Shown here one piece after another: positions 38,249-40,725 of a stretch of DNA of 40,725 nt; position 1 is the stretch's first letter, and the number at the start of each line of letters is the position of its first letter. The stretch is from positions 1 through 40,725 of the forward strand of contig CAXHJY010001094.1 of assembly GCA_964016885.1 (NCBI GenBank). The letters are read 5' to 3'. The position numbers and the translations under genes are program-made. Below the pieces are notes generated by a model. The model had not been told where the DNA came from. It saw only the letters and a list, made by a program, of their open reading frames with translations, and made no database searches. Source of the DNA: Eledone cirrhosa (taxonomy: Eukaryota).

Positions 38249-38938
38249 TCAGGATTTGGGCACCATGGCCCATTCGAGAAGAGAATTACTGTTTGCGGAG
38301 ACATATCCGGGTGTGGGTGGTTTGTCCGGGATTACTTGGAGGAATTTGTCCAAAGACTTCTTGAATTTTGTGTGGTCAGTTTCTGTTTTGACGTGTCCTG
38401 GTGTGATGTTGAAGAGAGCAGGGCCGATTGAGGTGAAATAATTGTGCCGTATTGTTGTTATGAGTTGCGATTTAGATTTTTGAATGGGACGGATAGCACG
38501 GGGCCCAAGCCTTGGGTGTATCTTGAAGGCGATGCCAACATCATTTGGGCAGTGATGATGGAACATTTTCCACATCATGCAGATAATATAACGCTCACGG
38601 CGACGTTGGAGTGAGTAAAGTTTCAGGTTTTCCAATCGACCCCAGTAGTCAAGGTCTGACATGCCATCTATCTTTTTCGTGATTGCCCTTTGAGGAGCTT
38701 CAAGTTTCATGATACTTTGTTTCGTGTGGGGAGACCACAGTGGACAACAGTATTCAAGGTGTGGTCGGGCGAAAGTAGAGAAGAGAAGGATAATGGTGCG
38801 GGAATCTCTCGACTGGAAGGTTCTGAGGATCCAGGAACACATTCTGCGGGCCATGTCAACTTTGCTGCTTATATGCGTGGTCCAGCTTATGTTGCTGTCC
38901 ACGGTTACTCCCAAGTCTCTGATGTTGTTAGATGCCAC
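38249..38938 (-). CDS. C-terminal fragment of a CR1-group ORF2 (post-RT region)
   Basis: [58 protein letters not shown] align by eye with the end of ORF 25892-27529. Confidence 0.83.
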   Translation of the reverse strand: MASNNIRDLGVTVDSNISWTTHISSKVDMARRMCSWILRTFQSRDSRTIILLFSTFARPHLEYCCPLWSPHTKQSIMKLEAPQRAITKKIDGMSDLDYWGRLENLKLYSLQRRRERYIICMMWKMFHHHCPNDVGIAFKIHPRLGPRAIRPIQKSKSQLITTIRHNYFTSIGPALFNITPGHVKTETDHTKFKKSLDKFLQVIPDKPPTPGYVSANSNSLLEWAMVPKS

Positions 38939-38995
38939 GAGAGTTAGATGCCACGAGAGTTGTTAGATGCCACGAGAGTTAGATGCCACGAGAGT
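38924..38995. repeat. Four tandem copies of a 16/19 bp unit at the LINE 5' junction
   Basis: (gtt)gttagatgccacgaga at 38924, 38943, 38959 and 38978 (19-16-19-16 bp). Confidence 0.93.

Positions 38996-40725
<1,730 letters not shown>

Larger units (their letters stand above)
38161..38995 (-). mobile_element. Short 3' fragment of a second CR1-group LINE family
   Basis: ORF 38249-38938 is homologous to the C-terminus of the LINE at 25661. The 3' UTR has hairpin ggcca-atac-tggcc and a (TTCAAAGTTA)2 tail on the minus strand. Confidence 0.85.

Noticed and set aside
38924-38995. CRISPR-like short repeats
   Set aside because: No spacers, eukaryotic context, and the unit is LINE coding sequence.

Overview
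Eukaryotic (metazoan, probably invertebrate) repeat region with no host gene. About two thirds of the window is an interrupted (TA)n/(TACA)n microsatellite in which the + strand reads almost strictly (YA)n. Nine islands of complex sequence are embedded in it, and eight are retroelement-derived: (1) an R4/Dong-like restriction-like-endonuclease LINE; (2) a near full-length RTE-clade LINE; (3) a 5'-truncated Penelope-like element with a GIY-YIG domain, fused back-to-back to (4) a 5'-truncated CR1-group LINE; (5, 6) two copies of a ~610 bp non-autonomous RTE-derived element; (7) a ~465 bp tandem repeat with a type I hammerhead ribozyme in every unit (retrozyme-like); and (8) a short 3' fragment of a second CR1-group LINE. 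The ninth island is a perfect 28 bp-arm palindrome whose arm recurs at the end of the Penelope-like element. All very long Y/I/M/C/V/H/T-rich ORFs in the track are microsatellite artefacts. Several frameshifts and the noisy first kilobase suggest uncorrected long-read errors. Family and clade names come from motif recognition, not from database searches.
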